Positions 62,737 to 64,000 of a stretch of DNA of 64,000 nucleotides are shown here, piece by piece. The DNA lies in the NCBI RefSeq assembly GCF_037042905.1, contig NC_087246.1, positions 3,226,001-3,290,000 on the forward strand. Reading direction: 5' to 3'. Source of the DNA: Lytechinus pictus. Its lineage: Eukaryota. Under the pieces are notes generated by a model, which did not search any database, was not told where the DNA came from, and worked only from the letters and a program-made list of their open reading frames with translations. Each line of letters begins with the position of its first letter. Position 1 is the stretch's first letter. The translations under genes were made by a program, and so were the position numbers.

Positions 62737-63074
62737 AATGGTTCATGTCAAACATAATTCCTATTACAGGCATGATGGGTCTTTAAAGGGGTTTTCAATT
62801 TACTGTTTGCATTGTTTTTGTTCATGCTGGTTCTATTAACTTTTAAATACTGCGTCTTCATGGTCAAATATTTTTATGTTTGCAGTTGTGCACATTTATT
62901 CACAAAAATAGTGTGTTTTCTTTCACAATAAAGTTTACTTCATGGATTTGTGACTAAGATTTTTTTTTACTTCCCTTGATGGAGTAACAGACCTACATGT
63001 AATGGCTGAATTATGAGAACAGGCATCAAACCAGCCAATGTTTAGTAAAAAAAATCCTGTTTCTGTGTCTATAA

Positions 63075-63272
63075 ATCAATCCTTTGCCCGATATAGCACT
63101 TAATACAATGTTTCTGAGAGGTGCATTACCCTGGCTTTACCATGCCTACCCTGATAGGGAGCCGTTCAAAGCATTCAAAGAATAACTTGGGGAGTGGCAA
63201 ATAAATGTGATTACTCCGGTGGGATATGAACCCAGGGCCTTGTGGTTAAAATTCAGTAGACTTATCCACTGA
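63075..63272 (-). mobile_element. tRNA-derived SINE, decayed copy
   Basis: Reverse complement matches the body and tail of the 27670 SINE (aaacattgtattaagtgct); head has a tRNA-like gggttcatatccc. Confidence 0.65.
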
Positions 63273-63374
63273 GCAGGGGCGTCGATCCATTTTTCAGATG
63301 GGGGGGGGGGCAAAATCATGAATCAACGTTCTAAAGGTGCTCGATCACACAAAACACACACACACACATAGGCC

Positions 63375-63416
<42 letters not shown>

Positions 63417-63539
63417 ATCACAAAAGGTTTAGTAAATGCCGTAAAAATAAAATCGTAGATTTTAAAAGGAGCATAGCTCTCAAAAATGAAAGGTAAAGTC
63501 ACACTCTTCGTCAGTGTATATGTATATATATATGTTACA

Positions 63540-63899
63540 TAGGTTATGTAGATTCGAATCAGTGATAGGTCAATACGCCATCACATGACCATAGCTGCGA
63601 GGATCGCATTTGTTATATTCAAGGTTTTGACGTCACCTCAGTGAATATAACAGCGTTGTATTGTCAATTGCAGCGTTGTATTCACTAAGGTGACGTCACT
63701 CGCTGCTTACAAGTTGTGTAATCAGGTAGTTTATTTGATGTACGCGCTAATGTTAACGCGTCGATTGCATGAAGAATGCGCTTTATGTATTTTCCAAAAA
63801 AAATTATATTATGACGTAGATGGATCAGAGCTGTAGCAAGAATTTCGGGTTGGAGCCAGATAATAAATGCAATCTCTGATGGCGAATCCACATAGACTA
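63540..63899. mobile_element. MITE-like element with imperfect TIRs
   Basis: taggttatgtagattcgaatcag is inverted to ctgatggcgaatccacatagacta. Confidence 0.5.
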
Positions 63900-64000
63900 T
63901 ATAATAAAACAGATATTGCCTGGTCTATCTTTTTAATACATAACATTTAAACTCCCCTCCGAAGCTATATTTTTCCCTCGGGAGAATATTTTCCCTCAGT

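Overview
AT-rich, intron-rich eukaryotic DNA. The repeat families suggest an invertebrate deuterostome, probably a sea urchin; this is an inference, not an identification. Three protein-coding loci are supported. (1) A HIP1/HIP1R (Sla2 family) gene on + has 22 GT-AG coding exons (688-26690) that I joined by hand into one open frame covering ANTH, coiled coil and I/LWEQ domains. Its first exon(s) lie upstream of the window, and several alternative last exons are possible, including a 17-nt stop-containing microexon. (2) A TRIM gene on + (47290-49170) has a single coding exon: RING, two B-boxes, coiled coil and an NHL-like propeller. (3) The last coding exon of dCTP pyrophosphatase 1 (DCTPP1) lies on - (59473-59690). 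The ORF track misses it, and three decayed tandem copies of its 5' part lie next to it. The rest is introns and intergenic DNA with non-autonomous DNA transposons (hAT, piggyBac-like, Kolobok-like, Harbinger-like MITEs, a Helentron-type element), tRNA-derived SINEs, LINE remnants and microsatellites. The most notable small signals are a minor-spliceosome (U12)-type branch point, a Penelope-type minimal hammerhead ribozyme motif, the microexon, a long hairpin in the putative TRIM promoter, and alternating CpG-poor and CpG-rich domains. I found no compelling wholly new multi-gene system.
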